From: Candidatus Thorarchaeota archaeon
Lineage (GTDB): Archaea; Asgardarchaeota; Thorarchaeia; Thorarchaeales; Thorarchaeaceae
Reading direction: 5' to 3'
DNA: 48,166 nt
NCBI GenBank assembly: GCA_016839445.1
Contig: JAEOUG010000130.1
Span: 1 to 48,166, forward strand
The translations under genes and the position numbers were made by a program. The notes under the pieces are model-generated. The model saw only the letters and a program-made list of their open reading frames with translations. It did not search any database and was not told the origin of the DNA. Positions 27,775 to 36,850 of the stretch are shown here, one piece after another; positions within the stretch are counted from its first letter, which is position 1, and every line of letters begins with the position of its first letter.

Positions 27775-27987
27775 ATGAAGGAAGAGAAATGGAAGCTGAT
27801 AGGAGGGCGAGTATACCAGCTTGCTGAGGTGTTCGACGACCTTGCAGACGCTGTCAGGCTTGCTAGGAAGCTCAAAGAGAAGCACCATGTATTCCTCTCT
27901 CGGACATCCAACAAGCACTGGTCCGTATACTGGAGATCAAGAGCAGCCAACATAGAATGCAGTCCGAGATTTCTCAATGCTGGCTGA
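27775..27987 (+). CDS. Small hypothetical protein, paralog of 31301-31501
   Basis: Shares W.L..GRVY.LAE...A..LA..L.E...V..S.T....W.VYWR with the 31301 ORF. Confidence 0.75.
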   Translation: MKEEKWKLIGGRVYQLAEVFDDLADAVRLARKLKEKHHVFLSRTSNKHWSVYWRSRAANIECSPRFLNAG

Positions 27988-28023
27988 GTCTGTCCTTAAT
28001 AGGTCCGGGCTGCACCTATATTC

Positions 28024-28338
28024 ATGACTGCAAACCCCATGGAAATCGACATGAATCAGGGGACCTCGGACCGAAGACGAGTAGAGATCCTCGGCAGAGT
28101 GGTTGATAGTCGTGCCAAAGAACGATTCAAAGACCTTGTCCGGAGGTGCATTTCTCAGGGCGTTGTCGACATTACTCACTGGACTCTTGATGCCATTGAG
28201 GGACTTCTCATCGTGTGTTCTGACAAGGGCTCGATTATCACACTGAAACAGGGTGACAGATACTTCATGCTGGCCTCAAACCCAAGTGCTTCAGATGTCC
28301 CGTTGCTGTCAAGAGTCATCTTTGAGGGTAGAATCTAG
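28024..28338 (+). CDS. Hypothetical protein
   Basis: 104-aa ORF co-oriented with its neighbours. Confidence 0.55.
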   Translation: MTANPMEIDMNQGTSDRRRVEILGRVVDSRAKERFKDLVRRCISQGVVDITHWTLDAIEGLLIVCSDKGSIITLKQGDRYFMLASNPSASDVPLLSRVIFEGRI

Positions 28339-28395
28339 TGTTCTCAGCTCTTGAGCAACTTCTATATTCCAGTCGTCAATAGTGCAACTCAGGTG

Positions 28396-29616
28396 ATGCG
28401 TGAGTTGCGCTTTGCGTTCAAGACACTTGACGATGTTGATGTTAACGGAAAAAGAGTACTCCTACGGCTGGACATCAATTGCTCAGTAGACCCGGAGTCT
28501 AAGGAACTGACAGACACTTCGCGAATTGAAGCTGCGGAGCCAACTCTTGAATATCTCCGGAACAGCAGTGTTGTTGTTCTTGCACATCAAGGACGCCCGG
28601 GAAGTGATGACTTCATTTCACTAGAGCAACACACCAGAGTACTGAGGCAGCTCGGCTTCAACGCAACATTCGTCGACGACATATTCGGTGAGAAGGCGAA
28701 GAATGCTATAGCACGAACGAAACCGGGAGAGGTTCTAGTACTTCAGAATGTCCGTTACTTCGATGGCGAGATGAAGAAGGGCACCGTTGATGAAGTAGCT
28801 AAGGAGGCCATTGTACAAGAGCTCTATCCGCATTTTGACCTCTTCGTGAATGATGCCTTTGGAGCTGCACACCGTTCGCAGGCATCACTTGTGGGCTTCA
28901 CAGCCTATCTTCCATCAGTCGCAGGTAGGCTCGTGGAGAAGGAAATTGCCACACTGACTGAAGCCACTGCAACTGATAGACATCCATGGACGCTGGTCTT
29001 GGGCGGAAGCAAGGTTGCTGACAAAGTAGACATTCTTAGGAAACTCCTAGGAACTAACAGAGTAGACAGTGCTCTCCTAGGAGGTCTTCTCGGCACCCTG
29101 TTTCTCATTGCAAAGGGATCAATCCCTGAATCATACTCCACCCCAATCAAAGGATTTGGCGAAGCAGTAGATACTGCGCGTAGTCTGCTGGAAACCTACT
29201 CAGACACCATAGTCTTGCCGAAGGACGCTGCTGTGCCAAAGGACGGGAGTAGAGTCGACTGTGCATTCACAGAGATGGATGGGAACCCATTCCTCGACAT
29301 AGGCGAGAAGACTGCCAAGGAGTATGCAGAAGTCGTCAAATCATCAGCTGTTGTGTTTGCTAACGGCCCGATGGGGTACTTCGAGGATGAGCAATTCGCA
29401 GCGGGTACATCAACCGTGCTGAAAGCTATTGCCGCATGCAAGGGGACCACTGTTGTTGGCGGTGGGCATATGGGCGCTATGGCAATAGCAATGAATCTCG
29501 GAAACTCAATCACACACATTAGCACCGGCGGCGGCGCGACAATCAACTTCCTTACGGGAAAGAAGCTTGATCTAGTGGTCGCCCTAGAAGCAGCAGCCAA
29601 GAGAATGGACAGCTAG
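28396..29616 (+). CDS. pgk: Phosphoglycerate kinase
   Basis: RLDIN, AHQGRPG, NDAFGAAHR, GGSKV.DK, NGPMG.FE, GGGH, HISTGGGA. Confidence 0.95.
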   Translation: MRELRFAFKTLDDVDVNGKRVLLRLDINCSVDPESKELTDTSRIEAAEPTLEYLRNSSVVVLAHQGRPGSDDFISLEQHTRVLRQLGFNATFVDDIFGEKAKNAIARTKPGEVLVLQNVRYFDGEMKKGTVDEVAKEAIVQELYPHFDLFVNDAFGAAHRSQASLVGFTAYLPSVAGRLVEKEIATLTEATATDRHPWTLVLGGSKVADKVDILRKLLGTNRVDSALLGGLLGTLFLIAKGSIPESYSTPIKGFGEAVDTARSLLETYSDTIVLPKDAAVPKDGSRVDCAFTEMDGNPFLDIGEKTAKEYAEVVKSSAVVFANGPMGYFEDEQFAAGTSTVLKAIAACKGTTVVGGGHMGAMAIAMNLGNSITHISTGGGATINFLTGKKLDLVVALEAAAKRMDS

Positions 29617-29653
29617 GGCCACAATGAGGTCGTTACGAGTACAATTAGTGAGG

Positions 29654-29729
29654 TGGAGCCCCAGGCGAGATTCGAACTCGCGACCTGCTGATTACAAGTC
29701 AGCCGCTATAGCCACTAAGCCACTGGGGC
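29654..29729 (-). tRNA. tRNA-Thr(TGT), intronless
   Basis: Minus strand GCCCCAG...GCTGA-CTTGTAA-TCAGC...GTTCGAATC...CTGGGGCTCCA. TATA-like TTTTAAA ~30 bp upstream. Confidence 0.95.
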
Positions 29730-30231
29730 ACATTCAGAAGAGCGAGAAATTCTATCGCTTTAAAAGCTACTCCTTGACCTCTTGTTCGATACTCCTCTGT
29801 TGTTGCACACACCGTACATGACGATATCGTACGTATTGAGGATCAATCTGTCAGCACCGGAATCCTTCACATAAAGCGCATACCGGTTTCGGAAGCTGAA
29901 ACCTTGAGCAAGATCTCTCTCCTGTCCACTCTCCCTACTACGGGGATGACCTCTTTCTGTTCTTCGGATGATCTACCCTGACATCCTGTCTGAGCAAGTC
30001 ACCTTCTCCCAATCGACTTGACGAGCACTTAGGTGAGCTGACTACATCGGAAGCATGTTCATCAAGGACATGTTTATGAGGTATCGTGTTCAACGAACAC
30101 TCAAGGACCGTAACTCTCGTTGATTAGACCCTATCACACACGGGTGTTACAAACCCTAATGCTTACGAGAAAAGTAAAATAGCACACGGAAGTCCAACTT
30201 GAGTGGACGAAGTACCCTGTAGGTGAGTCGA

Positions 30232-31200
30232 TTGCAGCCCTCCGACTATTCCAGCTTCACACAATTCATAGTAAACCTGTTTCAGCCGCTGACAGACTTC
30301 TTTACCCCACTGGGTATTCCATTTGGCCCAATAGCGTGGTTCTACATTCTCACGGCAGGTCCTTTGTTCCTGATTGTTGTTGTCATGGCTGTCCGTGGTC
30401 GGCGAGCTGGAGGTGGATCTGGCGTTGATGAAGGAATACGAAAGATCATCGCCTCTACTGGAGATGTTTCCGGGGGCATGGCTGGAGCCAAGAAGCTCAA
30501 GTTCATCAAGACCCCTGCCGACGCATTGGTCTTTCTCAAAATCGAGGAGAATGCCATTCAACAGGCTCTCTCTGCAGTGGACTACTACTCGCAGCAGGGT
30601 GATCTCGAGGAGTACATGAAGACCAAGATAACTGAGGTCTATGAGGATCGCCTTGCCGCAGTCAGAGATGCAATAGCAAAAGATGAGGAACTCAAGGAGA
30701 TTGTCGACACATCATCTGCTGTAGACCGCGCACGCTCTGATTATCTCAAGAAACTCGCAGCGATGTCCGGCACTGCTGTAGAGGCCGAAACCGACGACAG
30801 CGGTCCTACAAGTGTTGGCACTCCAGGCGCAGTAGCCACAACCCCAAGTGGTGGTCCTCCAGGTGGTGGAGCCCCGAGTGGTGGCCCTCCAAGTGGTGGA
30901 GCCCCAGGTGGTGGCCCTCCAAGCGGTGGAGCCCCAAGCGGTGCAGCTCCAAGTGGTGGAGCCCCAGGTGGTGGCCCTCCGGGCGGCGCAGCTCCAAGTG
31001 GTGGAGCCCCAGGTGGTGGCCCTCCAGGTGGTGGAGCTCCCGGTGGTCCTCCAGGTGGTGCGGCTTCTGTGAGTACACCTACGGCCAGTCTGCAGGCCCC
31101 AGATGACGATGCCCCCAAGCCCAGCGGTGGGAAGAGCTCACTCCAGTCAGAGATGCTTGCAGAGATGGAACGTCTCAAAGCATTGATGGGCGGAGACTAG
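30232..31200 (+). CDS. Membrane-anchored coiled-coil protein with Gly/Pro repeat linker and C-terminal amphipathic helix
   Basis: TM segment followed by RGRR, a helical domain, GGPP/GGAP/AAP pentapeptides and terminal SSLQSEMLAEMERLKALM. Start is TTG 30232 after AGGTGA, or GTG 30223. Confidence 0.75.
   Translation: MQPSDYSSFTQFIVNLFQPLTDFFTPLGIPFGPIAWFYILTAGPLFLIVVVMAVRGRRAGGGSGVDEGIRKIIASTGDVSGGMAGAKKLKFIKTPADALVFLKIEENAIQQALSAVDYYSQQGDLEEYMKTKITEVYEDRLAAVRDAIAKDEELKEIVDTSSAVDRARSDYLKKLAAMSGTAVEAETDDSGPTSVGTPGAVATTPSGGPPGGGAPSGGPPSGGAPGGGPPSGGAPSGAAPSGGAPGGGPPGGAAPSGGAPGGGPPGGGAPGGPPGGAASVSTPTASLQAPDDDAPKPSGGKSSLQSEMLAEMERLKALMGGD
30843..31060 (+). repeat. Degenerate 15-bp coding tandem repeat (P-S/G-G-G-P/A)
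   Basis: Units such as CCAAGTGGTGGAGCC, CCAGGTGGTGGCCCT, about 14 copies. Confidence 0.85.
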
Positions 31201-31300
31201 AGAGCGCACAGCACCATTGTCAAAATGTGACAGATCGGCTTATGTCATTCGTCTATCTCTGGCAGTCTGTTGTTAATAGGCACTGACCTCACAAGACTAT

Positions 31301-31501
31301 ATGTCCACAGAGAACTGGCTACTGGCAGACGGTCGAGTTTACAGACTGGCTGAGTCCTATGCCACCGAAGCAGGTGCAAAGCAGCTTGCTGAGGCTCTGT
31401 CCGAGAATTGCATAGTGCTTGTATCCAAAACGAAGGCGGGAATGTGGGGAGTCTACTGGCGGCCAAAGATCGGGACCCTTTGCCCTTACGGTGTAGTGTA
31501 G
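31301..31501 (+). CDS. Small hypothetical protein, paralog of 27775-27987
   Basis: Shares the GRVYxLAE ... WxVYWR pattern. Confidence 0.75.
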   Translation: MSTENWLLADGRVYRLAESYATEAGAKQLAEALSENCIVLVSKTKAGMWGVYWRPKIGTLCPYGVV

Positions 31502-31576
31502 GAACTCTCAATCTCGGAAGGCTTTTTGGGGTAGCAGCTCTTCAACCGTAATCACTTACTCCTGAGGCACAGGCAT

Positions 31577-32260
31577 ATGTCTAGCGCAAAAAGGAATGCT
31601 GCAAAGAGCGCAGTTGGGCTGATTCCCTCTTCTGGGGCGATAGGTCTAGGCAGCGGTTCGACCGTTGCTTTGTTCGCGGAGGAACTTGGAAAGAGGATAT
31701 CCTCTCAGGAATGCACAGTTTCTGTTGTGCCCAGTTCTTATCAGGCGTACCAACTGGCAATCGAGCACAGGATTCCTCTTACAAACCTCGATGAGAACCC
31801 AGAACTCCTCCTTACTGTGGATGGAGCGGACGAAGTTGATAGAAACCTCAATCTCACCAAAGGCGGCGGCGGTGCTCTTCTTCGGGAGAAGATAGTAGCT
31901 GCTGCCTCACAACGTCTCGCAATTATCATAGACGAGTCCAAACTTGTGGAGAAGCTCGCTTCTAAGTTCCTGATACCTGTAGAGATTCTTCCCTTCTCTC
32001 TCGGCTACGTGCTGAGGGCAATCAAGGACTTAGGCGTCGAGCCCAGACTCCGCAGAGCAGAGAGGAAGATGGGTCCGGTCGTCACTGACAATGGGAACTT
32101 CATTTTGGATCTTCAGTTTCGACAGCCCCTCGAGGACCCCGACAACATGGCAGTGAATCTAAAGATGATTCCCGGCGTCATAGAAACGGGGCTCTTTGTT
32201 GGTATGGCCGACGAGGTGCATGTTGGAACAGATGACGGTGCCTATATCATGAAGAAGTAG
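31577..32260 (+). CDS. rpiA: Ribose-5-phosphate isomerase A
   Basis: GLGSGST, DGADE, KGGGGAL.REKI, VVTDNGN.ILD, PGV.ETGLF. Confidence 0.95.
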   Translation: MSSAKRNAAKSAVGLIPSSGAIGLGSGSTVALFAEELGKRISSQECTVSVVPSSYQAYQLAIEHRIPLTNLDENPELLLTVDGADEVDRNLNLTKGGGGALLREKIVAAASQRLAIIIDESKLVEKLASKFLIPVEILPFSLGYVLRAIKDLGVEPRLRRAERKMGPVVTDNGNFILDLQFRQPLEDPDNMAVNLKMIPGVIETGLFVGMADEVHVGTDDGAYIMKK

Positions 32261-32261
32261 A

Positions 32262-32396
32262 TGGCGGGCCCGCCCGGATTCGAACCGGGGATTACTAACT
32301 CTCTCCTGCATCAGATCAATGATGAATAGGAGGCTAGTGCCCTATCTACTCCATACAAGGCGGCTGCTCTGTATGACCAGGCTAGGCCACGGGCCC
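32262..32396 (-). tRNA. tRNA-Arg(CCT) with two introns: 31 nt at 19/20 (32346-32376) and 26 nt at 37/38 (32301-32326)
   Basis: Removing both introns gives the 78-nt cloverleaf GGGCCCGTGGCCTAGCCTGG|ATAGGGCACTAGCCTCCTA|AGTTAGTAATCCCCGGTTCGAATCCGGGCGGGCCCGCCA. BHB-like motifs at both sites; the D-loop one has a C-A mismatch. Confidence 0.88.
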
Positions 32397-32450
32397 TATT
32401 CTGACTCGAAATTGTAATCGGTTGTTAAAGCTTTTGCAGGAGGCTCTATG

Positions 32451-33728
32451 CTACTCTGCCACTTTCGCAGTTATTGTAGATCCTTCCTCCATCGCATCGA
32501 CAAGGGCACTGCCCTGTCTCGTCTTGATTCTGATTGAGCTCTCTCCATTCTTCCCAATCACTGTCGTGAGAATATACTGATCATTCGCAAAGACTTCGAT
32601 TCTCTGTTTTGAGAACTTCCGACCTGCATAGAGAGTCACCTTCTTCTTGCTATAGCTAACCGACACAGGAACACTCTCTCCTGCTCTCCCTCGATCCTGC
32701 CTCCTTCCATATCCAGCAGACGGGGTTCCGGCCCCACGCACAGGCACAACAACGCGTTCTCCGCCGAAGGAGAACATCTCGAACTCGAGGACTCCCTGCT
32801 CGAAGTCACGAACCTCCACAACAGGCCGAGCAAGGTCTCTCTGTGCACTACTCATCCCTGTTGGAAGCTTCACCTTCAGTGATGTTGAAGTAACCTTGGA
32901 TACTCTTCCATCTTCGATGTGAATCACCGTATCGACTGTACTCGGAACTTGACCTAGTTCAACGCGCCCGCCAAGAATCAAGCGTTGCAGGGCATCTATT
33001 GCGGAACCTGCGTGCACAACCCCCACCATCCCAACACCGGCTGACCTGAGATCTGAGTATGCCTGGAAGTCCGAATTCTTGCGGAGCTCATCGTATATCA
33101 CGAAATCAGGCCGCACAAGCAGAAGCACATCTGCGGCTTTCTCCATACTGCCGTCCAATGGGGAATACTGCACAATCTCTTCCGACACCTGAAGGTCTCT
33201 AGGTTGTTCCAGTGTCTTCACAACATTGCCCTTACGACTATAGAACTCTGCGAGGGCCGCGGCAAACGTGCTCTTTCCTGATCCTGGTGAACCAGAAACA
33301 AGAATACCTTCTGCCCTAGACTCGAGCCTCTTCATTAGTTTAGGACCGAGTTCATAGTCATCTAGGTTCAGCTTCACGATGGGACGAATTGCCGAAATCT
33401 CCATCTTGTCTGCGAAAGGACGCCTAGCTATGGCGATTCTGAGGTTCCTTAGCTGAACCACAGCGGCGCCATCCTCTTCAATCTCGATGAACGAGTTGCT
33501 GTCATACTCAGCAGACTGCATTATAGCATCGGCCAGAACCTCAAGTTCCTCGAAGGTCAGCAACCGTTCGGAAAGCTCGACAAGCTCCCAATTGCCGGGT
33601 TCACCTCTCTTGGCTCTTGGAGGATTGTTCTCAACTAGATGCACACTCATAGTGTGTTCGTCGAAGAAGGCCTCGAGTGTGACAATCTCATCACCAAACT
33701 CCGACCCATCGTCTGTCACTCTATTCAC
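32451..33728 (-). CDS. PINA-like (COG1855) secretion-superfamily ATPase lacking the N-terminal PIN domain
   Basis: FFDEHTMSVHL..N.PP.AKRG.PG, GILVSGSPGSGKST, VKTLE.PRDLQ, LLLVRPD..IYDELR, GMVGVVHA, RPVVEVRDF. It begins directly at the post-PIN region. Confidence 0.85.
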   Translation of the reverse strand: MNRVTDDGSEFGDEIVTLEAFFDEHTMSVHLVENNPPRAKRGEPGNWELVELSERLLTFEELEVLADAIMQSAEYDSNSFIEIEEDGAAVVQLRNLRIAIARRPFADKMEISAIRPIVKLNLDDYELGPKLMKRLESRAEGILVSGSPGSGKSTFAAALAEFYSRKGNVVKTLEQPRDLQVSEEIVQYSPLDGSMEKAADVLLLVRPDFVIYDELRKNSDFQAYSDLRSAGVGMVGVVHAGSAIDALQRLILGGRVELGQVPSTVDTVIHIEDGRVSKVTSTSLKVKLPTGMSSAQRDLARPVVEVRDFEQGVLEFEMFSFGGERVVVPVRGAGTPSAGYGRRQDRGRAGESVPVSVSYSKKKVTLYAGRKFSKQRIEVFANDQYILTTVIGKNGESSIRIKTRQGSALVDAMEEGSTITAKVAE

Positions 33729-34341
33729 TGCTCCTGTTCTTCAATGCGGCTTGTGCTACCCTGTAGAAGTTAACCTCTCCGTTCTGGTCCACTAGTGCAA
33801 AGACAAGCGCCTTACGTGTTCCGGCAGCAGTCTGAGTGACCATGTCCAGATCATTTAGAGAGATTGGTTCGCCTTCCTTGAGAACATAGACAAGCTGATT
33901 CGCGTTCGAAGCCCCTGGTTTCTCACCTCGAGCATACACTCGGAACCCAATGCCTCCCCCGAAGCCCTTTCTCACGGCATATCCCCTGCTCCTCAGATCA
34001 CGGAATACTAGATAACTGACCCACAAGTCCGGGTCTTCATCAATCATCTCCCGTACGACATAGTCCGCGGCTACACGCCTACCTTGGGGGGTCTTCAAAG
34101 AGATTCGTTTTCGTTCGATGAGATGGAGGACCTCAACCGGATCGAGTTCAAGCCTCCGATCCTCGAGCCTAGTCCCATAGAACCCCTGCTGAGATATCCT
34201 GTCAGCATCGACATCTTCCACGTATCCTTTGCCTCCCTCAAATACTACGAGAGCAGGCTCAACCTCTTCATCAACTTCTTCTTCGAATTCTTCCTCTACG
34301 ACATCATCGAAATCGAGATCAGTTGGTTCCTCACCTGACAA
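33721..34341 (-). CDS. endA: tRNA-intron endonuclease subunit, probably structural (catalytic His absent)
   Basis: LELDPVEVLHL, YLVFRDLRSRGY.V..G, FRVY, RK.LV.ALVD..GEV.FY. TTG start at 34341 after GAGGAG. Acidic N-terminus. Confidence 0.85.
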   Translation of the reverse strand: MSGEEPTDLDFDDVVEEEFEEEVDEEVEPALVVFEGGKGYVEDVDADRISQQGFYGTRLEDRRLELDPVEVLHLIERKRISLKTPQGRRVAADYVVREMIDEDPDLWVSYLVFRDLRSRGYAVRKGFGGGIGFRVYARGEKPGASNANQLVYVLKEGEPISLNDLDMVTQTAAGTRKALVFALVDQNGEVNFYRVAQAALKNRSSE

Positions 34342-34434
34342 AGGATATCTCCTCGCCGTGTAGCCTTTGGGGAATCGAGAAAAACCCTTCGACGTGCCAC
34401 AAGAACTATAGCAGATATGGCCTGACCGAACCTC

Positions 34435-34953
34435 GTGATTCCTAGCGGACTTATCAAGGAGCTCAAGGATTTCATCGGCACTTCTAGAAGGATTGCCGTC
34501 TTGGGAATCGGTAACGACCTTCGAACTGACGACGGTATCGGTCCGATAGTTGTCGAGAGCCTGAAGATTGACTATCCGGACCTGATGATTGAAAACGTTG
34601 GATCCGTTCCTGAAGGGTTTGCCAGACCTCTGGCTCAATTCGGAGCAGAGCGTGTCATAATGATTGATGCGGCAGACATGCGGAAGCCCCCGGGGCATAT
34701 TGAGCTGGTGACCAAGGATAGAATTGGAGGCATTAGCATCAGCACACACAGCATGCCTCTCTCATTTCTGATGATGTACCTAGAGCAGGAAACAGGTGCT
34801 GAGACTATTCTCATTGGCATTCAGCCGGAAAGTATTCAGTTTGGAGAGGGTCTCACTCCAGTCATCAAATTGGTCGCCGAGAGTCTTGTTGACACTCTGG
34901 AATCACTACTTGCAGAACATATGGAGGATACAGGCAATGTTTCGAACGATTGA
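34435..34953 (+). CDS. hycI: Hydrogenase maturation protease (HycI-like)
   Basis: LGIGN.LR.DDG.G, PE, IDAAD, STH.MP, IGIQP. Confidence 0.85.
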   Translation: MIPSGLIKELKDFIGTSRRIAVLGIGNDLRTDDGIGPIVVESLKIDYPDLMIENVGSVPEGFARPLAQFGAERVIMIDAADMRKPPGHIELVTKDRIGGISISTHSMPLSFLMMYLEQETGAETILIGIQPESIQFGEGLTPVIKLVAESLVDTLESLLAEHMEDTGNVSND

Positions 34954-35971
34954 ATGGATTGATGGCGTAAACAAGGTGCGGTTGGTTGACCAGACCAAGC
35001 TACCTCTGACGGTGGAACACATCGAAACGGATAGCCATGAGAGAATCGCTAAGTCCATCAAGATCATGGAGATTCGAGGAGCCCCCGCAATAGGTGCAGC
35101 TGCAGGGATGGGGATGGCATTGGCAGCCTTGGAGAGCAAGGCCAAATCGAAGGAAGAACTAGTGAAGAAACTTGAGGAAGCAGCTCTCACTCTCAATACT
35201 AGGCCTACGGCTGTCAACCTGACTTGGGCCACAAGGCGAATGCTGAATCTTGCAGTAGCTACTGAAGGTTCCGTCACCGGAATCATAGACCGATTGATTG
35301 AGGAGGCAAAGGAGATTGCCGAAGAGGATGTTCGAATGTGCCGAGCAATAGGCGAAAACACTCTCCCCTTCATCAAGTCCGGCTACACAATCCAGACTAT
35401 CTGCAATGCCGGGTCTCTTGCCACGGTGCATCTGGGAACAGTAGGGGCTGTTGTAAGAGTTGCCCACGAGAAGTACGGAAACATCAAAGTTTATGCAGCT
35501 GAAACACGACCGCGACAACAGGGTGCACGTCTCACAACCTTCGAGTTCATGGAGGATGGAATTGATACAACACTGATTACCGACGGCATGATAGGTACTG
35601 TCTTCCGTGATGGGAGAATCGATTGCTGTGTTGTTGGGTCTGACAGGATTCTAGGAACTGGCCATGTCACTAACAAGATTGGCACGTACACAATGGCAAT
35701 CGTGGCGAAACATCATGGAATTCCATTCTACGTGGTAGCGCCAATGTCAACCGTTGACATGAATACTCGTCCAGAAGATGTGGTCATCGAAGAACGCGAC
35801 CCCGACGAGATTCGATTGATCAATGGAACGCCGGTCACAGTACCGGACGCAAAGGTCTACAACCCTGCCTTTGACATCACTCCTCCAGAGCTGATTACAG
35901 CCATCATCACTGACAAGGGTGCAGTGGAGAATCCAACGGAGGAAAAGATGAGAAGGCTGTACGAGAGCTAG
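34937..35971 (+). CDS. mtnA: S-methyl-5-thioribose-1-phosphate isomerase
   Basis: DQTKLP, RGAPAIG, RPTAVNL, CNAGSLAT..GT, ETRP..QGARLT, NKIGTY, NPAFDITP. Confidence 0.92.
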   Translation: MFRTIEWIDGVNKVRLVDQTKLPLTVEHIETDSHERIAKSIKIMEIRGAPAIGAAAGMGMALAALESKAKSKEELVKKLEEAALTLNTRPTAVNLTWATRRMLNLAVATEGSVTGIIDRLIEEAKEIAEEDVRMCRAIGENTLPFIKSGYTIQTICNAGSLATVHLGTVGAVVRVAHEKYGNIKVYAAETRPRQQGARLTTFEFMEDGIDTTLITDGMIGTVFRDGRIDCCVVGSDRILGTGHVTNKIGTYTMAIVAKHHGIPFYVVAPMSTVDMNTRPEDVVIEERDPDEIRLINGTPVTVPDAKVYNPAFDITPPELITAIITDKGAVENPTEEKMRRLYES

Positions 35972-35981
35972 CCTACTAGGA

Positions 35982-36824
35982 TTGAAGGTGCAGGCTTTGA
36001 AGGACATTGAACTGAAGTTCACATTGTCCACGGGCCTAGAATCAACTGAAAGACTGAGTTCCAGCTGCTCAAGTGTGACTCTGTCTAGGCAAAACATCAG
36101 GAAAATCGATCTCACTCCACTTAGACTCCTAAGTAATCTAACATGGCTGGATCTTAGTCACAACGAGATGCAAGAGATTGATTTGAAACCGCTCGAATCG
36201 ACGAGCATTCAGTACCTCTCCCTCTCGTACAACCACCTTTCGGAGGGTCTTGACATCTCTCCTCTTGCTCAAACAACCAACCTGCGAAGACTTAGACTCA
36301 CTGGATGTGGACTACGTTCAATTCAGCTCTCTCCTCTCTCACGACTTGGTCTTGAACAGCTATCCATTGCCTTCAACAAACTCAGTGAAGTAGACCTCTC
36401 TCCACTATCCCTGTGTGACAGACTAGAGATGCTCCTTGTCAACAGGAATCGACTCCGAGAGATTAACCTCTCCCCCATCAGCAGATGTTCCGCCCTTAGG
36501 TTATTGAATATTGGCGACAATCCCCTTCAGCAACTTAATCTCTCTCCCCTCTCCTCATGCCCGAATCTCTCTTCGCTCGTCCTGAACAAGACTCTGCTAA
36601 CTGAAGTAGACCTGACTCCACTAAGTGCGCTTCAAGGGCTTACAGCCATCGACATGAGTGAGAGTCGGCTTGAGCACGTTGATTTGCGCCCATTGTCGAC
36701 TTGCGAAGACCTGAAGGAAGTGCATTTGCTTGGGAACCCGCTCCAGGCGGTCTTAGTCCCACACGAGATGGGCAATTATGTGCTACACATGGAAGACCGT
36801 GTACATGTAGATAGAAGGCCTTAA
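35982..36824 (+). CDS. Leucine-rich repeat protein
   Basis: About 10 repeats of LxxLxLxxNxLxxIDLSPL. Confidence 0.88.
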   Translation: MKVQALKDIELKFTLSTGLESTERLSSSCSSVTLSRQNIRKIDLTPLRLLSNLTWLDLSHNEMQEIDLKPLESTSIQYLSLSYNHLSEGLDISPLAQTTNLRRLRLTGCGLRSIQLSPLSRLGLEQLSIAFNKLSEVDLSPLSLCDRLEMLLVNRNRLREINLSPISRCSALRLLNIGDNPLQQLNLSPLSSCPNLSSLVLNKTLLTEVDLTPLSALQGLTAIDMSESRLEHVDLRPLSTCEDLKEVHLLGNPLQAVLVPHEMGNYVLHMEDRVHVDRRP

Positions 36825-36850
36825 GAGCCGAAACAACTTGAGGCCCGCCG

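Noticed and set aside
27572-27778. ORF-track 68-aa ORF (also ORFs at 29624, 36838 and 44277)
   Set aside because: These overlap tRNA genes and are spurious.
30741-31178. Alternative-frame repeat ORFs (GGPPPGAPPL, HHL, VVEPQ)
   Set aside because: They are frame shadows of the 15-bp Gly/Pro coding repeat.
34342-34749. Long N-terminal extension of EndA in the ORF track
   Set aside because: It overlaps hycI on the opposite strand, and a TTG with a good RBS lies at 34341.
8564-34953. hypF and hycI as a hydrogenase cluster
   Set aside because: They are far apart with no structural hydrogenase genes, and dispersed maturation genes are common in archaea.
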